Assembly: GCA_010093995.1 (NCBI GenBank)
Contig: ML992507.1
Span: 488,673-552,672 of the forward strand
Source of the DNA: Elsinoe ampelina
Taxonomy: Eukaryota
Length of the DNA: 64,000 nucleotides
Direction of reading: 5' to 3'
Below are positions 24,350 through 37,198 of the stretch, in pieces. The notes beneath the pieces were generated by a model that was not told the origin of the DNA, made no database searches, and saw only the letters and a program-made list of their open reading frames with translations. The translations under genes were made by a program, and so were the position numbers. Numbering within the stretch: the stretch's first letter is position 1; the number at the start of each line of letters is the position of its first letter.

Positions 24350-27300
24350 TATTATCTATAACAATTGTGTTCTTCTTCGCCGTAGCTTATTAAAGTTTCT
24401 AGATCTTCGCCCTCTACTTCTCTATTTCCTCGTAGATAACCTTCTATATTATTAATAGCCTACTCTATCTACTATTAAGCTATTCTAGAGGCCTATAGAA
24501 CGGAGCTATTAGCTTTATTATAAACGCCTCTATGTAGTTAGCTTTCTAAGACTTAATGTTCCTATAGACCTAAGCTAGACACTAAAGGACGAATCGTAAC
24601 ACTAACGCTATATCGAGCAAGATTATAGTATCGAAGTAGTTTAGATTAAGACTAGTCTTAATAGCTCTACCCTAGGCAATTAAGATCCTTAAGCCTTCCG
24701 GCCTATTAGGTTTAATAAATGTATCGTTAGATATAGCTACGTTAACAATGTCTATATAGGTAGGTATAGATATTATTCTATAGTAGATAATAACTACATT
24801 AGCATTCTTATCGATCCCGATTGCTTTGCTGTCTAGGTGCTTCTCGAGCCATTTTAGATACTATGCCCTTATTAGTAATAACCTAAATAGACTAAATAGA
24901 CTAAACTAACTATTGTAGCAACTACTAGTACTAATAGTGTAAACGCATAGATAATTACTTACCTCTTTAGCTCCTTCGAATAGGAGACGTTCTACTTAAT
25001 AATCTCGGAAATAACACTATAAAGGACCTTTATCTAAGGACTAGCGTAGATCTTGTCTATATGCTACTATAGCGCTATCTCCGAGGAGTTATATATAATT
25101 TCGTAGACAAACTTAATAGTAAAGTCGCCGAACTCTTCTATAACTATAGGATCGTCCTAGAATATATCTATAAGAGTAAGAAACATAGAGAAAAGTAGTA
25201 GCGGCGTAACTAGGCTTAGTATTTGCTCCTTAGTCTTCTTATTAAGGATCGTCTCTAATGTTACTTCGGGCTTATCGGATTTATCCTTTTACCTATCGAT
25301 TATCTCTTATATACTCTTATCTATATCCCGTTCGATCTTCTTCTATATATTTATAAGACTATAAAGATACTTATCCTTAATAGTAATCTCTAGATCGAAG
25401 GTAGAATATAGTAGAGCTCTAATAGCTAGTAGACTAGGAGTAGTATTAAAAGGTTTCTAGATGTAGTCTATATTTATCTTAATAAGAATATTCGTAAGGA
25501 TAGTACTCTATTTACTAACCGTTGCTATAATCTCTTCTATAAACTATATACTTCTCTTTTTGTTAAACTTACTAGAGTTGTTATTCGCCTTATACTATTT
25601 ATTAATTACAAAGGCATAGTCTAATACTATTTAGAAGTTAAGCTTATTAGTAATAGCTTATTAAGTCTTATCTAGTGTTATCTTTAGTGTTACTTAACAT
25701 TTATTATTCTTAGCCTTAGTTAGCTTCTACTTAGATTTATAGATATAGTTCTTGTTAAATTCTCCTATTCTACTTCTATTCGTATTAAGCTTTTCTAATC
25801 TAAAGTTCTTATACATAGTCGCTATTAAGAACGCTACTACGTTTAAGCACTTAACAAATAGCGTCCTACTTATACCTAGTATAAAAGGCCTCTCTAGTAG
25901 CATTCCTAAATAACACTAGGTCTGCGTCTTCTAGCTAGTGACCTAATAGAACTTATTAAAGATGATAGTAGCCTAGTTTATAGGCGTAGACCCTAGCTTT
26001 CTCTCTTGTCCCTTAGGAACAAAGTTCTAATCCTTGGCGTTTATGTTGTTCTTACTAAGGAAGCGGTAGATTATAGTATTACGAGTAGTAAAGAAGAATT
26101 AATTATTTATCTATAAGGTCTAGGGGTATTACTTACGTATATCGACTAGTTATAAGACTATAATAGTGTTAATAGGCTTACTAGACTTATCTATTAGCTA
26201 AGACTCTTATTAGTAGTAGCCTATAGGTAGATTCTCTTTGCAAATTAAAGTGTCTATATTATATACGTCGCTATACTTATATTCTTATATAGCTTAGAAT
26301 ATTCTCCCCTAGCATAGGACAACCTTTATATTAGGTATAAACTTCCGTATCTCCTACGCCTATTGTTTTATTATATTTAATCTACTAACAATTAGATTAT
26401 AGCTAATAGTATCTATAGAAGCAATATCTAGCTATAGCTCGTTAACTAGTATCTTTACCTTCTAGTACTTGCTCTACTTATCCTTAGGTATAGTAGTATA
26501 GTTAGTATCCTAAATAACCTTTTTGTTTAAGTTCCGAATTAGTAAGAGAAAAAAGAGTTTTATTAGAGTCTTCCTAAATTCTATCTTATATACGAACATA
26601 AATACTAGGTAGCCTTCGAGGTATTTCTTAAGTGTAATAAGCGCTAAGTATATCTATGCTACCTCGACTAGATACTTCTTGTTCTAACTAAAACACTATA
26701 CACTAGCGTTCGGTAAGTAGATGTCTTTCTTAAAGCCTATAAAGTTATAGACTCTCTCCTAGAACTCTTTAGACTAGTAATCGATTCTAGTGCCTATAGG
26801 GATAAAGCTTTAGTTAGCTAGATTATTACTAGTTTACTCGTCGTCGTTGTCGTTTATAGTATAAAGTTTAATAAAGTCTAAGCTACTAAGAGTCTTATTA
26901 AATATACAAGTTATAAGCGCTAGAATAGGTATAGATAGCGTCTTAGAGACTAACGAAATATAGTACCTTACTTGCTTCTTACTAGGTATAATTATAAAGG
27001 GATACTAATTACTATCTCGGCATTACTTATAGTATTTGTCTTCTATTACCCGAGTAGAACGATAGTCGATAGTAGTATTATTCTTGTTAGGTAGTAGAGG
27101 GCTAGGTTGCTTCTTAGGGGTAGATTTACGTAGTAGTAGGCGCTTAGCTAGAGATAGAGGGGCTAGAGGTTCCTCTTTCTCTTCCTTCTAGACTAGAGTC
27201 GATAGCTTCTAACTATTATAATACTAAAGAGAGTTAACTAAGTATGTTAGTATATACCTAAGTCAAACTAAGTATTAAACTTATAAAGTACTTCTTTAGG

Positions 27301-28326
27301 GAGCTTCTTAACTAGATTCGTGCTAGGCGTAAGATAGACGAAAATTATATTACTACCTTTAACTAGGGAGTTAATATAGTTAATTATAGCGGCACGTAGG
27401 TTATAGTTGTCTAAGATAGATAGGATATTATATAGCTCTATATAATCTATCTATATAAGGATAATGTTATTACTAACTAACTTCTTCTCCTTTAGGAATA
27501 GCCTAATATTATTAAGGCTATATACGTTCGAATTATAATCCCCTAGATATAACCTTAAAATTCTTAGACTAAACGCCTATAGACGACATAAATATCCTTT
27601 CTTTATAATTATGCCTAGGCTAATGTCTAATTACTTAACAATTATAAAGTTAATAATAGTTTTGTCGATAATACTCTAGACTAGACGAGATATATCCTCT
27701 AGTATTTGCTACTAACGTATAGGCTAACTAGTGCGGTGATTAATATCTATACCTACGAGTCCGCTACTAAGTATAGAAGTCTCTAATCTTTTAGAGAGTC
27801 TACTATCGGACTAGGTAGTAGAGGGGCGCTTTCTAATATGCTTCTTAGGATAAGCCTTCTTATCTACTTTAGTCTAATTCTTCTTATTCCTAAGCTCTTA
27901 CGCCTTAATAGTAAGGACGAAATCTTTAATAACATTATAACTAGATATATTATTATAGTTTTTAACGTTCCTCTTAAACTAGTCTTAGTCTTAATAGTGT
28001 AGTCTTTAAAAGAAGATCTTCGTATAGTTATCCTAAGAGTATTATAGAGAAGTTTTAATATTGTCTATAATCGTAGTTATATTAACGTTACTATCCTAAG
28101 GTTCCTTATATTTAAGTCCTAGAACTATATAGACATTCTTATATTCTTCCTACGCTCTTACATATACGGCGGCGTACTAGTCGTTGTCCTAGTTAAAGAA
28201 TTCAAGGAAGAATCTCTTAATCTTAAGGTTTTTATCGAGCTATACTTAAATTTCTATAGGAGGTCTTTCGTAGAGTAGAATGTTATTAGTGGCTATACTA
28301 GCGCCGTTAGGCTAATTCTTAGACAT
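24350..28326 (-). pseudogene. SNF2-family (SF2) ATPase/helicase-like gene relic, cargo of the giant element
   Basis: De-RIP motifs in canonical order: I FAHEMGFGKT (about 26567-26596), Ia LIVS..VVKQWAQEIRKFVPDMKVVL (about 26320-26400), II WATIIFDEFHQV (about 25940-25978), III LGMSGTPF (about 25855-25885), V ILIAQGGAIKTGLNLNCFDTVILLD and VI QCLARVHR (about 24560-24690). Ends approximate. Confidence 0.85.
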
Positions 28327-29280
28327 ATTACGTACGTCCGTAAGCTTAGTATATACTATAAATAAAGCTTAGAATAATATCTAGTAAACAGGTTAAGTAG
28401 GTATAGTAGATATTAAAGAAAAGATCTCGTAAAGGTATTACGTATTTATAAGTTTAGAAGAATTAAGAAGAGGATTTATTAACGTAGTAGGTCTATATAC
28501 TTTGTAATATATGCCTAACTAAGACTTAACTAAAGAGGAGATATTTAAGTAAAGAGCGCTTAAAAGAGAGGTTAAAGAGGTTAAAGAAATACTAGAGAGC
28601 TACATAAGTTATTTATTTATATATAAGAGAGTATAAACAAAGGTAAACTAAAGCAATTAAGGAGAGAAGTAACCTAAATTTAGTCGACTTAGGTCGGGCC
28701 CCGAACTAAGCACGTAGTAGTATACTAGATATAGTATATATATAATAGTAAATTACTTAGTTTAGACACTAAACTAAGAGTAACTATAGTCTATGTACTT
28801 AGTTACCTTTTATTTTACATGCCGTATGTACTAAGGATACTATTATTGTATTTAGGGTAGATCTTAAGGGATAATAGTCTAATAAATAGAGGGAATATAG
28901 TAGTAGTTAACATAAAATAATTAAACAATATTTTAATAGCGAAACTAGTATTCGTATACGAAGGACAATAGTAATAGAACATAAATAGAAGGTAGTTAGT
29001 AGCCTATAGCGGTATAAAGGGCATAGTATATATAGCGTATAGTATAGCTTATAGATACTAGTAAAGGAACAAAGAAAGTAATATACTACTATTTAATTAT
29101 CTAGACTTTACAATTGCCGTATATAGAATTAAGTAGTAGAGTAGAGTAAAGGCTATATATTCCGCGGAATAGGCAGTTAATAGTATATTCTACATAATTA
29201 TAAATACGCTTTATTCCTCGCCTAGCCCTACTAGGAAGGCAATAGCGAGAGAGGACGCTACTAGTATAGCTTTACCTACG

Positions 29281-30025
29281 ACGCTCTCTATAGTAAGCTA
29301 CTGTCTAGTAGGAGGTAGTAGATATATCTTTACCCGCGATATTCCTCTATCTCTTTCTCTTTGTTATACCGGTTGTTCCTTTACAATTCTCCCCTTAACA
29401 TCCTTATACTATAAGGCAGGTAATCCCTAGTAGACACTAGCTTCTTTACCCTCTTTACGTATGCTAGAACCCCTAGTAGCGCTATCTATAAGATCGAGAG
29501 ATACTCCGCGATAGATTCGCTTAGTCGTAGCTACTAGGTAGAGACAGTAGCTAGTCCTACTAATAATACGTAGCTAGTATAAAGAAAGCTATAGAGAGTA
29601 GTAGTAGCAGAAGAGAGAGAAAGAGGTATCGGAGTCTCCTTATACACTCTTAAGCCTATAGTAGCGTAGTAGGCAAGATAGAGAGGTATACTATAATAGA
29701 TTTGCTCCGGCGTAACTACTAGGTACTAGCGGTAGTTAATTCTATAAACACAATATAGCCGGTATAGAGAATACTATTAGAAGTAGTAGCGACAGCGATA
29801 TAGGAGTAAATGTTAGAGTCGCTATTATATATATAGTAATAGATAATTATAGTGTACTAGGCGGGGGATCCGCTATAATAGATAGCTAGCTATTATTAAG
29901 GTCGAATAGAGAGAAGAGAAAAGGTTATACTAGAGACGCTAACGCCTATATTTAGGTCGGTATAAGTAGAGGGTGCAAACTAAGGCGTTATAGTAAATCG
30001 TATCTATAATATAGTTATGTCGCTA
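29281..30025. repeat. Internal direct repeat B, copy 1 (contains a small Pro-rich minus-strand ORF relic)
   Basis: Near-identical to 36454-37198 (offset 7173). Confidence 0.9.
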
Positions 30026-30152
30026 TAAACAGAGTTTATAACACATTTATAATACTATAAAGATTATAAGTCTCTAAACACACGATACTTAACTTTAGAG
30101 AAGAATACAATTAGATAGTATTACGTAATTAAGTTCCGAGGAGTACTTAATC

Positions 30153-30350
30153 TAGTTAGGTCAAAATTTTAGGTTATTCTTAAACTTCGAGAGAGGGAAC
30201 TAAGAAATTGTTAGTTCGACGTAATAAACTACTAGCTGTCCTCTACTAGCTATAGTTAGGTCGAAATTTTAGGTTATCTTTAAACTTCGAGAGAGGGAAC
30301 TAAGAAATTGTTAGTTCGACGTAATAAACTACTAGCTGTCCCCTACCGGC
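30153..30350. repeat. 100-bp tandem duplication
   Basis: tagttaggtc(a/g)aaattttaggtt...aactactagctgtcc begins at both 30153 and 30253. Confidence 0.9.
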
Positions 30351-30725
30351 TGCCCTCTACTACCGCTATATATAACATGCTAGAGATAGAGTAAAGTAAC
30401 AATTTATACTACTAAATTTAAGCCGAGTAAGCTTTCTACTAGTAAATACTGTTTTACTATTAGTTAGACTACTATAGCCTTTACATGTGCAACTTAGACG
30501 TATCTTTAGTACCCTTATATAGGTAGAAGTAGATTTGTTAGAACATTATATAGGGGCTAGTAGTCTATAGCGAGTGTATTCTACTAGAAGGCGCTTCTAC
30601 TACGACGACCTAACTCGAATTAAAATTATCTATCTAAGTTAGTAGCTTACCTTTTATTAAACGTTAGAGCGCTAAGCTAAGGGTCCCTAGCTAAGCTATA
30701 TCTTGTTAATCGCTTAGGGCGAAGG

Positions 30726-31238
30726 ATATATTATAGACTTAGGGAGATCTAGATAAGATTAGTTAACGCGAACTAAGAATAAACTATATCTATTACTAAC
30801 TCCTCGCTACTAGCTAGTATACTAGTTACTATCTCGAACATAGTACGATCGGATATAGCTCTACTAAATAAGGACAACCTCCTAGCACTCTGCCCTATAG
30901 ACATGCCGCTAGTTATACTTGCTGTAATTACTTACTCTTCCTCGTGCGTGCCTTCTATTATAACCTTATCTATGCTCTTCTCTTCCTCGTGTACGTCGCT
31001 ATCGAGCCTACTATTACTATTACTATCTATTCTACGTGCTAGAGGTCGAGGGTTAAGGTTAGTAAAGAGACTAAAAGGATTATCTACTATACTATACTAT
31101 ATAGTAGGCAAAGGGGGAAGGACACTCTACGCTAGCTATAGGCTATTATTTCTACCTCGTTACTTAGTTTAGTTCTTATTTACTATAATTCGTAGTAGAG
31201 CTAATAGGACTAAGCTATTATATAGCATCGGCGGACTA
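30726..31238. repeat. Internal direct repeat A, copy 2 (truncated copy of the transposase 5' end)
   Basis: Matches 23373-23885; similarity stops abruptly at 30726. Confidence 0.9.
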
Positions 31239-31739
31239 AAGCTAAAATTGTATCTACGCTATAGTACTAGACACGTTAAGACAGAGTTTACTCTAATATA
31301 TCTAAGCGACAGAGTTTGTCGGCCGTCCCTTACTTAAGAACAATATTAAATGCTATACTTAATTAGCTATTGTCGCGCTATTGTCCTTAGTAGAGGCTTT
31401 TATAGCAATTATAAAACAGAGAGTACCGCGTAGGTATAATAATTTTAGCTAGTAAACGATTTATAGCTCTTGCTATCTTATGTCTTAACTTGTCGCTAGT
31501 ATTATAATAAGTTAGTTATAAATAGCCTCTACGAAAAAATAGTAATAGCGATATATAAAGACGCCTTAGCTATATAACATTAGGTCGTTTATGCCTATAG
31601 TTAATCTGTTAGGGGTGGTTAATTAGTTTACTAAACTAAAACTAGCACTTTTTAGGTAAAAATTGCAAGCGTTCCCTTAACCGATCTTAACAAGGATAAA
31701 CTAATAATTTGCTATTACTCCTCTATTAGTTTAAACAAC

Positions 31740-34700
31740 TATGCTTTTAGTTTGTCCGCTTCGCTATATTGTCTTATATAACTTTCTATATCATCGTTAG
31801 TGTATCGTAGCTATAGTTAACTTACTTCTTTAGCTAATAGGATAGTATAGTTAGCTTAAGTGTAAACGCTGTTATTATATCTACGCTAGCGAATATTATA
31901 TTCTCTAAGGCACTATCGGAAGCCTACTATAATAATTAGATCTATATACTAACTTTATGTTAAGCAAAGTTATACTATTAAGGCGGAAGTACTAGTACTC
32001 TACTCGTTATAGAACTATATACTATTCCTAGTTATAAACTAACTAGCGTAGCCTTCTCGAAGTAAGTTTACTTTAATATAGCTACCCTAATAATGCCTAC
32101 GTAGCTTACTATAGACTTCTCTCTATAATTAATAATAACAACTTTAGTGCCCTTACTAATCCTAATAGCTTAGCTATTCGGAATTCTCTTAAGTTATTAT
32201 AGATATAGCTCTCTTATTAGTAATAACCGAACTAGACTAACTAAGTCGAACTAACTACTATAGCTACTACTAGCGCTATAGAGTTATACGTACAAATAAT
32301 CCCTCGCTGCCTCTTAGTCTTCTAACTATAGGCTTTCTATTCTATAATCTCGAGGATAATAACATAAAGGCCCTATATTTCTAATCTAGCGTAGCGCTAG
32401 CTATATACTTATCTACTACTTCGGCTCGGGGTATAAAGTCTAAGGAGTGTCTATAGCCCCTACTATAATGTCGGTCGATGTTATTACTCTTCCTATACTA
32501 GCGGGGCGGTAGAGTAAATAAAGTAAGCTTACGACAATATCTAGCATAATTACCTCTAGGTTCCTTTTGCTTGTCGAATATAGATATTATCCCGTACTAC
32601 TCTCTCCTATATAGCATCTTTATAATTGTAGTTAAGGTATACTCCCCTATACGCGAAGCGATTTATATATATAGTACTACTAAAGAAATAAGATATCTAT
32701 CCTTAATTAAAACTTTAAAGTCCTAGTTAGAAATATCTTAAACCTAATAAGATATAAAAGTAGATATAGCTGCTAGATGTTTTATAATTAGGTTAAGATA
32801 CATGTCGAGAGGAATAAATAGAAGTCTAGCTATCTATATAGGGACTAATACGAAGATTTCGAACTAGAAACGAGAAGTAACTATTATATTTACAAAAAGG
32901 AGACTGTAATAGGCTTTAACTATTCTTATATTACCTTCGTATAGGCGGAGAGCTACCTCTTATTATATTATATAGCAATATTAAGTTAAATCGTGTCTAG
33001 TTTATCCTCTCTTATTCTTTGCGATAGATACGTCTTTACCGCCTATAGATAGAGACTAGCTCTACTATATCGAAGCTACCTTTGTTAAGTAGTAGGCATC
33101 TAATCTCTTTCTCTTAGTGTAATTAACCTTATATTAAATATTAAGCTTAATACTAAACCTACATATACGGTCGGTAGAGCTATACTAATACCGAGTAGTA
33201 ATTACCTAACAAGGAGAGGTATAAGATAGCTAGGCATTATAGCGTTCCCTTAAAGGACTTATCTACCCTAATATAAAATAAGTTTATCTCTAGTTTTAGG
33301 CCAACTAAACTAACTTAAGTTTATACTTAGTTAGGAGGCGCGACCTGACTTAAAGCGTCTCTACTATTTATTAGGAGGTAGTAGCTAGAACTAATAATAG
33401 TCGGCGGGAATTCTTTATTAACTTCTAAGTATACTACGTATAAACCTCGCTAGTATACGAGAGTAAAGCCTAATAACTGTATTAGTAGTAACGCCTACGC
33501 GCTTCTTTATAGCACTATACTATTCTTATTTAATTTAGTTAACTCTAAGTTCGGTATAGAACTAAAACTTATACTATTACTTCTACTATAATAGGGGACA
33601 AGATTCTATCCTACTAACTTGTTTTACTTATTATTAAACGCCCTAGTCTGTTATATCTATAGTAGTATCGCTTCGTTTCTATTGTTAATAATATTAAGAA
33701 CATATTACTTTTTTAATGCTAATGTTAATCTCGTGTTAGTAGAAGTAAGTCGTTATCTTCTCGGACTTGCTCTCTTTACTCTAATACGTTATAGCGTGCT
33801 AGGCAGGCTATAGAAAGTCACTAGTAACAAAGTAAAACTTAGAAGAGGTATTAGAGAGCTCCGAGAGATCGCGTTTATCTAGATAGATAGCCGGCCTTAG
33901 GTGTATAGTAGCTTATATAATATTCTTTAAGCTATTAAAGCAGTAGAAATATAGATAGCGCCTCGGCGGCATATGCTATAGTCTAAATAGGCTATATTCT
34001 TCTAGCGGGGAAGAAGGAGCTATATTCTCCTAAAACTATATAAAGTAAGACTATACTCTAAACTAAGTCGCTAGGTCGGTTAGAATCCGTCTAGCTATAG
34101 TTATAGGACTATCGAGCAAGTTTACTTCTAATAACAATAACGGAAATTCTAGAATTTATAGAAGCTATAGCCTCTTAGGGGTAGAACGAGCTAAATAAAA
34201 CTTTATTAGTTAAGAACTAAACAGTTTTATAAATAACGTAATAGCAAATAAAATATAGTAGTATTACCGCTCTTGCCTTTAGCGGTTTAGTCGCTATCGC
34301 AGGTATTAAACGTTCTATATTATAATATTCTCTTTCTACTAATCTCCTTTACGCTTCTTATTAGTGTTAATATCTATAAAGCAAAGCTTCTTAGGAGTAA
34401 GAAACACTTCTAAGTTCTCTTCTATAGTAGCCTTAGCTATAGGAAGTAGTCGCTAGCTACTATAATATCGATAAGAGTTGTCTATAAGTGTTAGTATATA
34501 TAGATAAATAGAGAAGAGGTAAACTTACTTCGTATAAAGTCGGAAAGATCTTTAATAGATACTATAGAAGGAGTAAGATAGAGAAAGATCTTATAGGCAC
34601 TAGAGATAAGGGTCGTAATATACTTAGTAATAGCAGCGTCTAGATCGAAAGAGTCTTTAATAGTAAAGACTTATACGGAGTTATATATGTTAAGCTAGTA

Positions 34701-35600
34701 GAGTTAGAGGTAATTACCTCTAATGTTAAGGATCTACCTAAGCTTACTAATGTAGTAATTAACGTAACGATTCTTGTCCTTGCTAGTACTAGGCTTTCTT
34801 AAGTTATAGACGCGAATATTCTTTCTTAATGTTAGATACAAGATAGTGTCCGCTTCGATAACCTCTATAATCTAGATCGTGGCAAATTTAATGTCGATCT
34901 AGACACAATTAGACGCTAGCCCCTAGTTAAAGCTAAACATTCTATAACGAGGCTATATATATAAATCTAATCTCTTATCGCCTATCTTTATACGAGTTAT
35001 ATGTCTCTCCGAGGATAGTGTTCTTACTTAGGAGAGCGTTAGTGTCTATATAGACGAGGTAGCTAAAGAATATAAACTCTAGGTACCTTCTTTGCCTAGC
35101 GATATTGTCTTTTCCCTTTTAACCGACGGGAGATTTGCCCTTATTAATTATATAGTATTTCGGAATAATCGCTATATAGCTTTTATCTTGTCGATATTAA
35201 CTATAGTCTATAAGTTCTCCTTAAACTAGTCTAGATCTTTCCGATCTAGTTAGTCGACAAAGAGCTAGAAATCGTTAGGCGTGCTATTTAGCAGCCTAGT
35301 TTTAATTTTAAAGCGTGCTTTAAGCACCTTAGGATTACGTAACTTACTTCTATCTTGTTTCTCAATTTTAATATTAGATTCTATAAAGACTTTTAAGATT
35401 GTTTCCTTTATTCTCGCAAACGCGGTAGAGTATTACTAGTTGTCTTAATTAAAGAAGAATTAGATAGATTTCTTACTAACATTATTATTGCGAAGTATAT
35501 TCTTAATAAGAGCTAGTATAAGGTTATTAAGTAGAATCTTTTCTATAGGTTTAGTAGCGACCTTTAGCTTCTTCGTCTTCGGCGGTATAGTGCTATTATA
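31740..35600 (-). pseudogene. Diverged paralogue of the cargo SNF2 gene with degenerate ATPase motifs
   Basis: Shares N-terminal FFNQDN.QY and DLDWFKEN (copy 1: DQDWFKRN) and C-terminal DSVTLLDM (copy 1: DTVILLDM). Also shares nucleotide similarity (24880-24920 versus 32220-32270). No GKT or DExH found at the aligned positions. Confidence 0.65.
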
Positions 35601-36453
35601 TATATTTAATAAGTATAAGAATATCTACTAGTAAAGGCGTTATATAAGGCAAGTAAGGTTAGAGGAGTCGAGATTATATAGCTAGGAACTAAGCGTAGTA
35701 AGTTAAGCGCTATAGAGTAAACAGCAGTAATTATAAATACCTACTACCTAGTATAATATTAAAATACTACGCGGAAAGTAGGTAGTAACTTCTTAAATAT
35801 AATAAAATTTGTATTTAAGATAGTATACTAAAGTAAGTAGTACACTTGTAACTAAGATCTAGTTTAGGCCTCGACCTAAAAGTAAACTAGGTTAACTAAG
35901 TCTATGTTTCGTATGTACTAATAGTAACACGTAATAATTACTAATATTAGATTAATACTAGAACTAAAAGTAAATAAGTTAGTTTACTACTAACAAATAT
36001 TATAGAGTATAAATTAGGTAAGCAAACAAAACGTAGCTATTAGAGAATATTATAAGTGCTAATTATTATAGAAAATTAGTGTCGAAGTAATTAACTATAC
36101 TAAACGCTCGTATATTAGTGCTATATACGAAGTTATATATGCTCTAAACAGCTAGCGGACTATTTAATAAAGAGTATTATCGTATAAAGTAACAACCTTA
36201 ATATCTTTATAGTAGATAGGAGACAAGACGAATAACAAGGAATAAAGAAAGATATATAGTATACTTATACGTATTAGACAAGGAGATTTTGTTTACTAGT
36301 TAGAGAAGGGGAATTAAAGCGATAGGTATATAATCTACGTAGAAAGAAGTATATCGCTAACGCGAGAAAGTTATAATAAAGCGCTATTAATAATAAAACC
36401 CCGCTATAAAAGTAATTATAAAAGAGAATACTACTAATATAGCTCCGCCTATA

Positions 36454-37198
36454 ACGCCCTCTATAGTAAGCTACTGTCTAGTAGGAGGTAGTAGACGTAT
36501 CTTTGCCTACGATATACCTCTATCTCTTCCTCTTTGTTATACTAGTTATTCCTCTATAATTATCCCCTCGATATTCTTATACTATAAGGTAGGTAATCCC
36601 TAGTAGACGCTAGCTTCTCTACTCTCTTTATATACGCTAGAACCCCTAGTAGCGCTATCTATAAGATCGGGAGATACTCCGTAATAGATTTGCTTAGTCG
36701 TAGCTACTAGGTAGAGATAGTAGCTAATTCTACTAATAATACATAGCTAGTGTAAAGGAAGCTATAGAGGGCAGTAGTAGCGGGGAGAGAGAAAGAGGTA
36801 TCGGAGTCTCCTTATACACTCTTAAGCCTATAGCGGCGTAGTAAGTAAGATAGAGAGGTATACTATAATAGATTTACTCCGGCGTAACTACTAGGTACTA
36901 GTAGTAGTTAATCCTATAAATATAACATAGCTAGTGTAGAGAATACTATTAGAAGTAGTAGTAATAGCAAGGCAGGAGTAAATGTTAGAGTCGCTATAGT
37001 ATATATAACAATTGATAATTGTAGTATACTAGGCGCGGGAATCTACTATAATAGATAGCTAGCTATTATTAAGGTTGGATAGAGAGGAGAGAAAAGGTTA
37101 TACTAGGGACGCTAACGCCTACGTTTAGGTCGGTGTAAGTAGAGAGTGCAAACTAAGACGTTATTACAAATTATATTTATAATATAGTTATATCGCTA
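36454..37198. repeat. Internal direct repeat B, copy 2
   Basis: Matches 29281-30025. Confidence 0.9.

Noticed and set aside
30153..30350. CRISPR-like array (also 18297-18362, 43150-43247)
   Set aside because: Simple tandem repeats without unique spacers, in a eukaryotic genome.
30903..31172. Hydrophobic ORFs in AT-rich DNA (also 33619-33813, 44948-45184)
   Set aside because: Chance open frames in RIP-mutated sequence; the last is a fragment of copia gag.
29281..37198. Repeat B (or A) pairs as LTRs of an inner retroelement
   Set aside because: No TG..CA ends, TSD, PBS or RT; the repeats contain gene fragments.
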